This document shows, in pieces, positions 1-8,402 of a DNA stretch of 43,247 nt. Made by a program: the position numbers and the translations under genes. The notes below the pieces were generated by a model. The model did no database searches. It was not told the origin of the DNA and was given only the letters and a program-made list of their open reading frames with translations. The number at the start of each line of letters is the position of its first letter. Position 1 is the first letter of the stretch. Source of the DNA: a virus (Duplodnaviria > Caudoviricetes); the IMG/VR virus record IMGVR_UViG_3300038393_002169, positions 1-43,247 of that record, one strand, 5' to 3'.

Positions 1-28
1 CGGTGGCCGGAGTGCTGGAGTCTTAACC

Positions 29-517
29 ATGAGCCTAACGCAGCGCTACGCCCGCGCGGTCTCCTCGGGCAACCTGAAAAACGATCTGCTGCATTTCGAC
101 GCCGACGTGCTGGCGGCGGTCGCGCTGTCGTCCGGCTATGGCGGCCTGCTGTTCCGCGTGAAGTACCAGAACGATCCGGCCAGCTACCACAAGCTGCTGC
201 ACCACTGGACCTGGATCGTGTCGTGCAAGGCGTTGCGCCGCAACTGGCCCGAGCACATCCCGATCAACAAGGTGGCGCTCCTGTCGCTCAACAGGTGGAT
301 CAACAGCGTATGCCCGGCCTGCACCGGGCGCCGGCATGAAGTGGTGTTCAACACGCCGTCGCTGTCGGCCAGGGTGTGCCGGTTGTGCGAGGGCAGTGGC
401 GAGGCGCCGCTGCGCGTCGACCAGCGCTGGCGCGACTACGTGCTCGACATGATCGAAGAATTGACCGCCGACGAGTACAAGGCGGCGGCGCGGGCCCGCA
501 AGAAGCTGGGGAAGTAA
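29..517 (+). CDS. Q-like late antitermination protein with Zn finger
   Basis: CPACTG...CRLCEGSG motifs, GGAG RBS, lies just upstream of a promoter-leader-terminator unit as lambdoid Q genes do. Confidence 0.65.
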   Translation: MSLTQRYARAVSSGNLKNDLLHFDADVLAAVALSSGYGGLLFRVKYQNDPASYHKLLHHWTWIVSCKALRRNWPEHIPINKVALLSLNRWINSVCPACTGRRHEVVFNTPSLSARVCRLCEGSGEAPLRVDQRWRDYVLDMIEELTADEYKAAARARKKLGK

Positions 518-693
518 TACAATGGGGCAACAAGCGGGCGAGCATTGACGATGATGGTCATTTCAGTGCGCTGCTTGGCGCCCTGCACCGGCTGTCGAAG
601 CAAGCCATCATCGCGTTCGTCAACGACTGGCGAGATCAGGAAGTCCGCGCCGAACTCGATGGTGTGCGAAAAAAACGGCCACCATTAAAAAAC

Positions 694-722
694 TTGCGCC
701 ACGTAATGACGTGGTCTATAGT
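694..722 (+). promoter_or_regulatory. sigma70 late promoter (pR'-like)
   Basis: TTGCGC-17 nt-TATAGT with upstream A-tract; spacer contains the inverted repeat CCACGT-AATG-ACGTGG. Confidence 0.7.
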
Positions 723-867
723 TGTCGAACTGCTGAGTCCATTCAGTTGCCGTGGTAGGTACTGGCTGTTTCGACTCGCATAATTCGGAGCATCATCCCC
801 CGGCGTTGTAAACCGGCCTCGTTCGCCCCGGATTTCTGTTCACTGTACAGATAGTGCAGGAATACCC

Positions 868-899
868 AAAAGCCACCCTCGCGGTGGCTTTTTGCTTTT
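868..899 (+). terminator. intrinsic terminator (tR'-like)
   Basis: AAAAGCCACC-CTCGC-GGTGGCTTTTT hairpin with T tract. Confidence 0.85.
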
Positions 900-920
900 C
901 CAGACCTGTAGGTCCCTAAG

Positions 921-1073
921 ATGACGCAGATCACGCATCCGACCAAGGAGCAGGTGCGCGCCTGGCTGCGCGCCGAGCTGGTCGCCCCGAAGCCACCGCC
1001 GACGCCCGAGCAGATCCGGCGCGAGCTGGGCTGGGACCTGATCCGGGCGGAAGCACGCCATGCGATGCCGTGA
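921..1073 (+). CDS. small protein MTQITHPTKEQVRAWL...KPPPTPEQIRRELGW (50 aa)
   Basis: Translated by hand; paralogue of 8403..8558. Confidence 0.75.
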   Translation: MTQITHPTKEQVRAWLRAELVAPKPPPTPEQIRRELGWDLIRAEARHAMP

Positions 1074-1233
1074 CGGCTACTTTGCCTGGCTCGATAGCCG
1101 CCTGCTGGACTCGATCGTGACGTCGATCGAGGCGGAGCCGCCGCCGACACCGCAGGAGGTATTCGACCAGCTCGACGTGCTGCATTGGTTCCGGTTCATG
1201 CTTGATCTTCCGGGCGACGTCGAGGGATACTGA
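1060..1233 (+). CDS. hypothetical protein (57 aa, EPPPTPQEV motif)
   Basis: Translated by hand; overlaps previous gene and shares its PPPTP motif. Confidence 0.5.
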   Translation: MRCRDGYFAWLDSRLLDSIVTSIEAEPPPTPQEVFDQLDVLHWFRFMLDLPGDVEGY

Positions 1234-1305
1234 TTTGAAGGGGAGCAAGACTGTAAGACCAAACCCCTATAACTGCCCCGGCTGGGGCAACTATAGGAGA
1301 GCAAC

Positions 1306-1554
1306 ATGAGCGATGAGATTACGGCGGTGCGCGCCAAGATGGTATGCAACAACCTCGGCCAGAGCACGCCCGATGGGGCCGTCACCAAGGTGCAGCTCGG
1401 GTGCGTGTACTCGACCACCGGCGAGAATGCCAGCTTTACCAGGTATACGCCGTGGGGTGCGTGCGAAATGGGGATTGATGCCGATGCGCCTGCCGCGAGC
1501 TTCTTCAAGCCGGGCAAGCGCTACTACGTGACGTTCACTGAGGCGCCGGACTAG
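1306..1554 (+). CDS. conserved phage hypothetical protein
   Basis: AGGAG RBS; VRAK...EN..F...TP.G...FKPGKRYYVTF pattern. Confidence 0.8.
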   Translation: MSDEITAVRAKMVCNNLGQSTPDGAVTKVQLGCVYSTTGENASFTRYTPWGACEMGIDADAPAASFFKPGKRYYVTFTEAPD

Positions 1555-1790
1555 GCTGCGCGTGGCAGCACGTGCAGGATCGGGTGTTGATCGGTCAGTA
1601 GCAGGTATAGTTCCCAGGTTTCGCGCTGCATCGGGCGCGCGCCGGTTTCAAACTCGCTCCAGCGCTTGCGGCTCTCTCGGCCTTTGCGGCCAATCGTCCT
1701 GACCGCCTGTTCCTGCGTGTGGCCGGCCTGGAGCCGGGCCCGCTTGACTTCGGCGGGCTCCGGCTTGCGGGTGATGTCAAATGGCGGCAT
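1551..1790 (-). CDS. XRE/KorC-like HTH regulator
   Basis: PAEVKRARLQAGHTQEQA...WSEFETGARPMQRETWELYLL; start placed at MPPF overlapping upstream stop. Confidence 0.7.
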   Translation of the reverse strand: MPPFDITRKPEPAEVKRARLQAGHTQEQAVRTIGRKGRESRKRWSEFETGARPMQRETWELYLLLTDQHPILHVLPRAA

Positions 1791-2139
1791 GCGGGTCGAG
1801 GGTCGCCAGATAGCTAAACAAGTTCGGATGCAGGCACTCGGCCAGCCCCGCGTCGACGCGCACACAGCGCTTGCGCAGGTATTCATCCGTCGGGTTCGCG
1901 TCGTCACCGACTGGCGAATTCTGAAAGTCCCTGAGCGCCGCGATGGCATTCATGCCCATGCGGTCGGTGCGCCAGACCGGGGCGCCGCGATCATCAACCC
2001 GCAGCGCGAGCACGTTGTTGTGGTGGCCGTCGGCCGCCAGCTGTTCTAGGTAGCGGCGGGTGAACGGCTTGCCGCTTTTGCTGCCGGACTTGCTGCCACG
2101 GTCCTCCGGCAGTTGGGCGTAGAATCGGAAGCCTCTCAT
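1777..2139 (-). CDS. hypothetical protein
   Basis: GGAG RBS, coupled to neighbours. Confidence 0.75.
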   Translation of the reverse strand: MRGFRFYAQLPEDRGSKSGSKSGKPFTRRYLEQLAADGHHNNVLALRVDDRGAPVWRTDRMGMNAIAALRDFQNSPVGDDANPTDEYLRKRCVRVDAGLAECLHPNLFSYLATLDPHAAI

Positions 2140-2537
2140 CGTGGTTCTCCAGTTAAGGGTTTTAGTCGCTCGGCGGCGAGCGCCGCGGCCAAGGACTGGT
2201 GATACACCGCAGGCGTCACTTTACTGTAGAAGCTGACCATCAGCTCTTGCAGGTAGGCGGCACAGGCGGCGCGGCCCGGTGTGCAACCGTTGAGTACCAG
2301 TATTTGTTCACCGAACCATTGGCCGAACGGTTGATACACCTCGTAGGCAACGACACCCGGATACTGTCCAGCGATGGACAGGCCGGCAACGTCCAGTGCG
2401 ACGGCATACGGGGCGTAGGCGGTCAGTTGCGTCATCAGTTCGATTTCACCGCCGTCCTTGTAGTGCTCCAGCAGTTCGTGGCTGCTGCTCAGGCCAACGG
2501 CCATGTAAGCGGCGGCAAGCAGGGCATTCTGGATCAT
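2136..2537 (-). CDS. hypothetical protein
   Basis: AAGGA RBS, ATGA overlaps. Confidence 0.75.
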   Translation of the reverse strand: MIQNALLAAAYMAVGLSSSHELLEHYKDGGEIELMTQLTAYAPYAVALDVAGLSIAGQYPGVVAYEVYQPFGQWFGEQILVLNGCTPGRAACAAYLQELMVSFYSKVTPAVYHQSLAAALAAERLKPLTGEPR

Positions 2538-2944
2538 GGTTGGTCCTTTCGTTGGGTTGATGGCGGTGCCCAGCTGAACGAAGCGGGGAATCCGGTGGTA
2601 AACGGCGCTGGCATGGCCGGGATCGGCATCTTGGTCCGCTTGAGTTTCTCGGACACGCAGCGCGCGAGCGGGTTGGGCGAATCGGTCGCGGCCAGGTCCA
2701 CCGCGCTATCGGTCAGCGAGCCGTCCTGCGCGACCCAGCCGGACCATGCGAACGCGCCGCTGCCAGCAGTGCTGGTGGTGCCTTGGCAGGCGACGAGCGC
2801 GCGCTCGTAATGGCCGCGCAGGTCACGCGCATACTCGGCGGAGTCCACCAGGACGCCTTGCAGCGCGGGCCGCTCCGGTGGCGTGATCGTCGCGCAGGCG
2901 GGTAGCAGCAGCATGATTGCGGCGGGTATGGTGTGGCGGGTCAT
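2534..2944 (-). CDS. putative lipoprotein
   Basis: MTRHTIPAAIMLLLPAC lipobox-like signal; ATGA overlaps. Confidence 0.6.
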   Translation of the reverse strand: MTRHTIPAAIMLLLPACATITPPERPALQGVLVDSAEYARDLRGHYERALVACQGTTSTAGSGAFAWSGWVAQDGSLTDSAVDLAATDSPNPLARCVSEKLKRTKMPIPAMPAPFTTGFPASFSWAPPSTQRKDQP

Positions 2945-3291
2945 GCTGGCTCCCCTTCGGGGTTGCCTTGGTCGTCCAGAGGCAGATCGCACCACGTCGT
3001 GGAGTCCAGCGGATCGGCAGCAGGATCGGCAGCAGGCCGCCCAAAGCCAAAGCCAATGTCAAGGTCGTCATTGGCCAGGCCGTGCAAGAGGTGCAGCCTA
3101 CGCAGCTGCTGACGCTGCCGCCAATCGCGCCTGCCGCCCTCGTCCTCGCGCAGGTGGAGGGGAATGAGCGCGTCGATGTCGCCGGCGTCCTCGGTGTGCG
3201 CCGGGGCGCTGCGTGGCTTGTGGCCCCACTGGTGCAGGAGCATGGATACCGCAGCCTCGGTGTCGGAGAATTTCAGGTGATGTACTTTCAT
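2941..3291 (-). CDS. hypothetical protein
   Basis: GAGG RBS, first gene of a coupled minus-strand run. Confidence 0.65.
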   Translation of the reverse strand: MKVHHLKFSDTEAAVSMLLHQWGHKPRSAPAHTEDAGDIDALIPLHLREDEGGRRDWRQRQQLRRLHLLHGLANDDLDIGFGFGRPAADPAADPLDSTTWCDLPLDDQGNPEGEPA

Positions 3292-3420
3292 CGCTGGTTT
3301 CCTCGGTTAAAAGGGTCCGCGTCGTTACGGACTCTGCGGTTAGCATGTGCCGCAAGCGGGGACAGCGCAACGGCTGAGTGTGCTGTGCTGGAGGTGGCTC
3401 AAGTGGGGCGTGCGGCTGGG

Positions 3421-3450
3421 CAAAAAAAAGCCCGCCTTGGGGCGGGGCTT
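3421..3450 (-). terminator. intrinsic terminator
   Basis: Minus strand AAGCCCCGCCCCAAGGCGGGCTTTTTTTT. Confidence 0.75.
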
Positions 3451-3472
3451 GTGCTGAACCTGGCGGTGCCGG

Positions 3473-3829
3473 TCAGTCCAGCGGCACCTCGATATCGTCA
3501 AGCATCGAGTCGGCCGGCACAGCTGTGATCCAGTAGGCGGTGCGGTTGACGAAGCACCAGCCATTGACGATCACGCGCCGTTTGCCGGTATCGAGTTCGG
3601 TCCATACCAGCCGTGCATCCTTCGCCAACGCCGCCTGCACCGCTTCCTCGACCCGGTCCGCCTCGGCTTTCCCGATAAACCCCGACACCCCCTTGATCGG
3701 CAGCCGTCCGCCCGGCTGGTACTTGTCCTTCCACTCGGCAAAGGTCAGCGTTACGAGTGGATTGAGGGTCGCGTCGGGCTCGTACATCGCTTGCGACTTC
3801 GACTGGTTGATTGGTGGAGGAGTGTCCAT
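3473..3829 (-). CDS. phage hypothetical protein
   Basis: AAGGA RBS; VWT...IVNGWCFVNRTAYWIT pattern. Confidence 0.7.
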   Translation of the reverse strand: MDTPPPINQSKSQAMYEPDATLNPLVTLTFAEWKDKYQPGGRLPIKGVSGFIGKAEADRVEEAVQAALAKDARLVWTELDTGKRRVIVNGWCFVNRTAYWITAVPADSMLDDIEVPLD

Positions 3830-3851
3830 TGGTTGTCCTTTCAACTGGTTG

Positions 3852-4397
3852 TTAAATCGTCCGCTTCAGGGTCCGCACTGAGGACGGTGCCCGATCAGCC
3901 GCAAGCGGCGCAGTGACAGGGTCCCACGGCTCCCGCTCTGCCCTTGCCGGGGCAGCGGCAGCATCGCGCAGTTCCCCGTCGGGGCGGATCGCGCCCCAAT
4001 CAATCGGGCCGGGCTTGTTCACGAGAGGCACTTGACCGACCCATTGGGGGGTGGTGTCGCTGGCCAGCCCGAAGTGCGCGCGCCAGCTCCGCGTTGCCAG
4101 TTCGACCGACACGGCCCGCACCAGCAGGTCTTGGTTGACCCCATCCTCGTTGTTCCAGCGGACGTAGTACAAGGGCAGCGGAATCTGTTCGGTAAGGAAG
4201 GCGTCGAGCGCGTCCAGGCTCTTGAAATCGAAGTCGAGGTTTTCCTGATCGCAGAAGTGGCGCAGGTCGATCAGCACGTCGTTAATCACGCTGCTGTAGC
4301 CGGCGCGAGGATCGTTGGTGGCGACTGCGTACAAGTCGAGCGCATGACGGATGCGGGCCAGGCGTGCGGTGTTGCTGAATTCAGTGGATTCGTCCAT
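3852..4397 (-). CDS. hypothetical protein
   Basis: AAGGAG RBS; DVLIDLRHFCD motif typical of mobile-element small proteins. Confidence 0.75.
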   Translation of the reverse strand: MDESTEFSNTARLARIRHALDLYAVATNDPRAGYSSVINDVLIDLRHFCDQENLDFDFKSLDALDAFLTEQIPLPLYYVRWNNEDGVNQDLLVRAVSVELATRSWRAHFGLASDTTPQWVGQVPLVNKPGPIDWGAIRPDGELRDAAAAPARAEREPWDPVTAPLAADRAPSSVRTLKRTI

Positions 4398-4426
4398 GGG
4401 AATCTCCTTGGTTGGTACGAGGGGGG

Positions 4427-5011
4427 TTACTTGCGCGTGCCTTGCCCTTCGGCGTAGCTCTCGAATTCGTCGGCGTCGCTGACTTCCTCGTCAGGCGGCA
4501 GCTCGAACGCGTTTTCGATGGAGTAAGTCAGCCCAAGCTTATTTGCAATCTCGACCGCGTTGTCGAATTCCGCCACGTCGTCGAAGTAAAAGACCGGCTC
4601 GGCGGGGTCGAGATTGAGTTGCAGCGTCTGGTATGGGGCCTTAATCCATATCCAGGCCATCACGTACGCGCCGTTATCGTCGCCTTCCGAAACAATCGTG
4701 GGCACGTCAACTTCGATCTCACCCTCGCGCAGATGGTCACTCTCAAGCGCGGCGGCGACATACGGGTTGCTCTCGTCGCTACCGAGCAGATTCACGACAG
4801 GGCCGAAATCGAGGCCGGTATGATTGAGGTCTTGGCGCAGCCGGTCGATGCCGGCGTAGTCGAGGGGCGTGACCGTGCCGTGCGCATAGGTGGCAGGGCG
4901 GGCGTCGGGGCGGGACGCGAGCATGCCCTGGAGGTGGCCCAGCGCGAGCATGACGGTGGCATGGGCTTCGGGGGTCAGCGCGTAGAGCGCGGGCTTGCTT
5001 GGGGTACTCAT
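4427..5011 (-). CDS. hypothetical protein
   Basis: AAAGGA RBS; EGEIEVD...VSEGDDNGAYVMAWIW module. Confidence 0.75.
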   Translation of the reverse strand: MSTPSKPALYALTPEAHATVMLALGHLQGMLASRPDARPATYAHGTVTPLDYAGIDRLRQDLNHTGLDFGPVVNLLGSDESNPYVAAALESDHLREGEIEVDVPTIVSEGDDNGAYVMAWIWIKAPYQTLQLNLDPAEPVFYFDDVAEFDNAVEIANKLGLTYSIENAFELPPDEEVSDADEFESYAEGQGTRK

Positions 5012-5107
5012 TGTGTGATCCTTTCATGGGTGGTTGGACGGTCGGGACAATCCCCGCGTCAGCGCCCCTAGGTGAGGCGCTGACACTGGCGTAGTCCTAG
5101 CAATAAT

Positions 5108-5147
5108 TGACAGGTACGGTGATACGTATTGGCATGATGACTCCTGT
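5108..5147. repeat. 40-bp direct repeat, copy 1
   Basis: TGACAGGTACGGTGATACGTATTGGCATGATGACTCCTGT; 39/40 identical to 7015..7054. Confidence 0.95.
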
Positions 5148-5166
5148 AAGTAGGGCTGTTGAAAAT

Positions 5167-5415
5167 TTAGGCAAAGCCGCTAATCTGTTCTTTGATGTAG
5201 ATACGCTGGCCGGAAATGCTGCAACCTGCGGACCAGACCGAAAACAGCTTACCCTCGTTGCTTTCGGGTTGCTCTTTGCGAAGAGGGTAGCCGGTTGCGC
5301 CAAGCTGGAAGCAAAACGCGTTGAAAGCATCAAACGGGGTAAGTCCGTTGATCGTTTCGACCGTATGAACAGAATTGTTTTCGCCGTGGTAGAGGGAGCA
5401 GATAAAGGTGCGCAT
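5167..5415 (-). CDS. hypothetical protein (lower GC)
   Basis: 82-aa ORF with AGGA RBS. Confidence 0.55.
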   Translation of the reverse strand: MRTFICSLYHGENNSVHTVETINGLTPFDAFNAFCFQLGATGYPLRKEQPESNEGKLFSVWSAGCSISGQRIYIKEQISGFA

Positions 5416-5432
5416 GCTGTTTCCTATCAGTG

Positions 5433-6188
5433 TTAAACGGCACGATAGTAGCCGACCAACGGCATGGCGGAGACCGCGTTGATCTGCTGTTGGTCTTTTC
5501 CGTCATTACAGGTGAAGTCGTCGGGCGTCTCATAAACCCAAAAGCCGCCGCCCCCGTTGCTACGTTCCCGTGGGTATTCCTCGAACACTTTGGATTCGCC
5601 GCTTGTTTCGCGGGTGGCGATTTCGCAAGCATATTCGGCGCAGCCGGCCTTGCCGACCCACCAGATAATGCCGCTGTCGTTGTCGATCAGGGCAAAGGGG
5701 ATTAAGTCTGGTGCCTCGCCCGCGTTAATCAGGACGGCGCGCGATGCTGCATCAGCCGCATTGCACGGGCCCGCCAGCTGATCGGCCAACGCCTTGCAAT
5801 CGGCCGGGTCGAAGCGCCCCGATTCAAGGCACTCCGAGATCAGCTCGTGCAAGCGCCCATAGGCGCGGCGCGTGGCTTGCAGGGACGCGACCAACGGGCC
5901 ATGTACCGCAACTGCCAAGACGACACCAGGCGGTGCTATAGCGAGCGCCAAGGCCTGCGCGTCGGCAGGGGTAAGTTCCATTGACCCGATCACGCTGGTC
6001 GTCCGGTTCTTGTAGTTCTGCGTTACCTCGAAGACAAGTTGGGCTTCTGCCTTGTCGCTGCGGGTTACGAAACGGGCCGATATTCGGTTGAACTGAGATT
6101 CGTAGTTGCTGCCAGGCCCAGCCAAGCTGTGCGCTTCAAAACGGGTGTAACTGTCGTTGCGATCGGGTGCTTTATTTGCTGTTGTCAT
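5433..6188 (-). CDS. hypothetical multi-module protein
   Basis: 251-aa ORF, GGAG RBS. Confidence 0.75.
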   Translation of the reverse strand: MTTANKAPDRNDSYTRFEAHSLAGPGSNYESQFNRISARFVTRSDKAEAQLVFEVTQNYKNRTTSVIGSMELTPADAQALALAIAPPGVVLAVAVHGPLVASLQATRRAYGRLHELISECLESGRFDPADCKALADQLAGPCNAADAASRAVLINAGEAPDLIPFALIDNDSGIIWWVGKAGCAEYACEIATRETSGESKVFEEYPRERSNGGGGFWVYETPDDFTCNDGKDQQQINAVSAMPLVGYYRAV

Positions 6189-6417
6189 TTAATTCTCCAG
6201 TTATAACTGCGCGAATCTTCCCAAGCAGCTCAATCGTTTGATCGAGATCGCCCAGCATCGACTCGGTGCTGAACATTCCATTGCTGTCGTTGATCGCGTC
6301 GTTCCAGTTGCGCAGCAGCTCGCTTGCCGCCGCGCGTGCGGCGTAGCCGGCCAGTTCGAGCGGTAGCGAATCGCTTACATACTGCTCCACGCGGTCGTAG
6401 GTCTTTGCGGTCGTCAT
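6172..6417 (-). CDS. hypothetical protein
   Basis: 81-aa ORF overlapping next gene. Confidence 0.65.
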   Translation of the reverse strand: MTTAKTYDRVEQYVSDSLPLELAGYAARAAASELLRNWNDAINDSNGMFSTESMLGDLDQTIELLGKIRAVITGELNDNSK

Positions 6418-6526
6418 ATTGGTCGTTAGCCCTTTCAGTCTCCGGGCCGCGCCCCATGCGAGCGGCCCCTCTCAGTGCGAAAGCCCGCTCGTGGCGGGCT
6501 TGTAGTGCAGCTGGGGGCGATGGTCG

Positions 6527-7042
6527 TCAGGTAGTAACGTGGAGCAGCTCCCCGATGCGTGCGGTGGACTTCCTCGCCGCGAACATGCGCGCCTGGTTCT
6601 CGGTCATGGCTCTGGCGCTGACGTTCTCGTCGCCGGCCTTGAACGTCCATAAGGACAGCGCGTTCCTTGCCTCCGCTTGTTCCTTGGTCAACGCGATACC
6701 GGCTTGGGGCAGATGGGCGCGCGCAAAGGCCTTTGCTTTGGCCAGGTCCTCGGTGGCGGACGGATCGTCATCGAGCCAGCTGTTATCGTTGAGCGCGGCG
6801 AGGGCCGATGCCGCAGGGCAGAGATCGCAATGTGTGGTGACGGGAAAGGGAACGTCGAACTTGCATTTTGCGATCAGGCGCGCGGTCTTGGTGTCTTCGA
6901 AGCCGGAGTTTTTTAACGCGTCGCGTGCGTCGTCCTCGGCAACGCCGAGCATCTTGTTGAGCAAGTCGGCGGCGTCGCCCGAGGCGAGGTTGATGTCATC
7001 CGGGAAAATGACGGTGACAGGTACGGTGATACGTTTTGGCAT
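6527..7042 (-). CDS. hypothetical protein
   Basis: AGGAG RBS; RBS and first codons form the 40-bp repeat. Confidence 0.75.
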   Translation of the reverse strand: MPKRITVPVTVIFPDDINLASGDAADLLNKMLGVAEDDARDALKNSGFEDTKTARLIAKCKFDVPFPVTTHCDLCPAASALAALNDNSWLDDDPSATEDLAKAKAFARAHLPQAGIALTKEQAEARNALSLWTFKAGDENVSARAMTENQARMFAARKSTARIGELLHVTT

Positions 7043-7054
7043 GATGACTCCTGT
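7015..7054. repeat. 40-bp direct repeat, copy 2
   Basis: TGACAGGTACGGTGATACGTTTTGGCATGATGACTCCTGT. Confidence 0.95.
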
Positions 7055-7096
7055 TGATGGTGGTTGAAGTAATGCGCCGCAAGCGGCGCGGACGGG

Positions 7097-7825
7097 TTAG
7101 AGCTGGTCATGCTCGGCAAAGGAATGCACCTGTTGGCCGGCGACGATAAAGTGGTCGAGGACGCGCACATTAATTAAGCCCAGCGCCTGTACCAGCGTGG
7201 CGGTCAGGCGAAGGTCTGCTTCGCTCGGGTCGCTAACGCCCGATGGGTGGTTATGGCAAAGTAGCACGCCGGCAGCGTTATGGCGTAACGCGGCCTTGAC
7301 GACTTCGCGCGGATAAATACTGGTATGGGTTAGCGTGCCGCGAAACATTTCTTCGGACTTGATCAGGCGGTTTTTCACGTCGAGGAACAGCACATAAAAA
7401 ACCTCGTGCTGTAGATCGCAGAGCCTGGTGCGCAGATAGTCCTTGGCGACATCCGGCGAAGACACCGCATCGCCAGCCGTGCGTAACCGGCCCTCCAGTA
7501 TCGTCCGGGCCCGTTTGACGACCGCATCATCACTGGCCCGCTCGTACCTGGCGCGGCATTCGCGCAGCTGGCTGTCCTCGCAGAACACATAGACCCACGA
7601 ATAGTGCGATAGCTGCCCTGCGACAAGCGTATCCGCCCCTTGCCAGTTCATTTTCTTGCACAGGGCTTCGGCTGCGGCCCGATGGCGGGGCTCGCCAAAT
7701 GGCAGGTGTTCCGGATAGGGGATCATGACCCGGTTGTTGTCCAGGTCCTTCGCGCTGACGCGTGCGCCAAGGGTCGCGGTGGGCGGATGGTAGCGGGTAA
7801 CGATCGCTTTCTTCGGGGTGGTCAT
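7097..7825 (-). CDS. radC: RadC-like JAB/MPN+ protein with non-canonical N-terminal domain
   Basis: EVFYVLFLD...GTLTHTSIYPREV...HNHPSGVSDPSEAD...VLDHFIV signature. Confidence 0.9.
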   Translation of the reverse strand: MTTPKKAIVTRYHPPTATLGARVSAKDLDNNRVMIPYPEHLPFGEPRHRAAAEALCKKMNWQGADTLVAGQLSHYSWVYVFCEDSQLRECRARYERASDDAVVKRARTILEGRLRTAGDAVSSPDVAKDYLRTRLCDLQHEVFYVLFLDVKNRLIKSEEMFRGTLTHTSIYPREVVKAALRHNAAGVLLCHNHPSGVSDPSEADLRLTATLVQALGLINVRVLDHFIVAGQQVHSFAEHDQL

Positions 7826-7840
7826 GGCGGGCCCCTTGGC

Positions 7841-8380
7841 TCAGCTTTCGCGCGTGACAGTGTGGGCGTCGCCGTAGTCCGGTGCGCGCCACGTCTGGCC
7901 CACGTCGAGCGCCGCAATGGCCTGGATGTCGGCGGCGCTGTAGCAATTTGCTTCGGTGAAAAAGCTTTCGCTGACGGTGCGCGTGCCAGGGTTGTCGAAG
8001 TCGTCGCTCCAGTAGGCATTGAATGTCTTTTCCTTCGGCGCTTCCTTCGCGGCCTTGGCCTTATAAAATTCCGTGACCTCGGCCAGAATCGCGTCAAGCT
8101 TTTTCAGCGCCTCGGCGTGGACCGCATGGACATTGGCCTCGGTACTGCGCGCGATATTGTTGACCATCACGGTCTTGCAGTAGTCACCAAACAGCTCGAA
8201 GCTGAGGAACCTGCCGTTCACCTTGTGAACCGTCGCATTGGTGCTGACGCCCGCAGCGCGGCCCTGGACCGTATGCTTGCTGGTGACGAGCATCAGCACA
8301 CGGGCGCCGCCTTCCAGCTCTACGTTGGTGGTGGCTTTCCAGCCGTTTCGTCCTTTTTCGAGTTTGATCTTGTGTTCCAT
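7841..8380 (-). CDS. hypothetical protein
   Basis: AGGAG RBS before MEHKIKL. Confidence 0.75.
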   Translation of the reverse strand: MEHKIKLEKGRNGWKATTNVELEGGARVLMLVTSKHTVQGRAAGVSTNATVHKVNGRFLSFELFGDYCKTVMVNNIARSTEANVHAVHAEALKKLDAILAEVTEFYKAKAAKEAPKEKTFNAYWSDDFDNPGTRTVSESFFTEANCYSAADIQAIAALDVGQTWRAPDYGDAHTVTRES

Positions 8381-8402
8381 GGTTGGCTCCTGTTGAAGTT
8401 GG

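Noticed and set aside
522-783. Possible frameshifted small gene after the Q-like gene (ATGGGGC then an open frame)
   Set aside because: No recognisable homology, and it overlaps the promoter; unsupported
836-850. CTGT...ACAG resembling a LexA box
   Set aside because: Spacer is 7 nt rather than 8, and it is explained by the leader hairpin
729-866. Possible tRNA in the late leader (TTCGA present)
   Set aside because: No cloverleaf, acceptor stem or proper T-arm could be built
5151-5165. TAGGGCTGTTGAAAA resembling an IS end
   Set aside because: No partner inverted repeat or transposase found
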